A stretch of DNA of 64,000 nt from Podarcis tiliguerta (Eukaryota): assembly GCA_965153285.1 (NCBI GenBank), contig OZ229123.1. One strand, given 5' to 3'. The first letter of the stretch is position 1, and the number at the start of each line of letters is the position of its first letter. A program made the position numbers and the translations under genes. The notes beneath the pieces are model-generated. The model was not told where the DNA came from. It ran no database searches and worked only from the letters and a program-made list of their open reading frames with translations. Positions 63,793-64,000 of this stretch are shown in pieces.

Positions 63793-64000
63793 TAAACAAG
63801 TTATAGAAATGCAGCACAGCACTATTAAAGGCCCCTTCCCAAAAGTCTTCACCTGCCAGTCAGCCACAATAAAACCACTGTCTTCTATTTCTCAGTTTGT
63901 ATTTCATTGTATATTTCGGCCACACAGAAAAGAATATTTAAAAATACCTATTTCTCTCTATCTACCTTTATACTATGGGAGGGGACTAAGTCCTAGACCC

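Noticed and set aside
1-64000. CRISPR array, retron or other prokaryote-type system
   Set aside because: No regularly spaced repeat-spacer array or operon structure; recurring motifs are explained by dispersed eukaryotic transposable elements.

Overview
Vertebrate (squamate) genomic DNA, most likely from a lacertid lizard, judged from POM-type Sauria SINEs and a Squam3B-like SINE with a (CTT)n tail. The right third holds the 3' part of PLEKHO2 on the minus strand: four phase-0 coding exons (59252-59368, 54332-54436, 51717-51815, 48135-49316) and a repeat-poor 3' UTR reaching about 45.4-46.8 kb. Its 5' exons were not found and probably lie beyond the right edge. A CpG-island promoter at about 27.7-28.8 kb appears to drive a second leftward transcript, but no coding exon for it could be recognised, so it is left unnamed. 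The rest is intronic or intergenic DNA dense in transposable elements: a young 5'-truncated CR1 LINE with an open RT frame, BovB and another RTE, L2 fragments, Sauria/Squam2/Squam3 SINEs, and Tc1/mariner-, hAT- and Harbinger-like MITEs, often nested. There is a 184-N assembly gap at 54947-55130. The most interesting signals are short chimeric retroposons: two tRNA heads (Lys, Ile) and one Squam3 SINE head on one CR1 tail, a Bov-A-like 5'+3' BovB deletion derivative, and a 5S-headed SINE. A MITE family with a long perfect internal hairpin that shows a compensatory change is also notable. Family names and comparisons to reference sequences are from memory; no database search was run. No CRISPR array or prokaryote-type system was seen.
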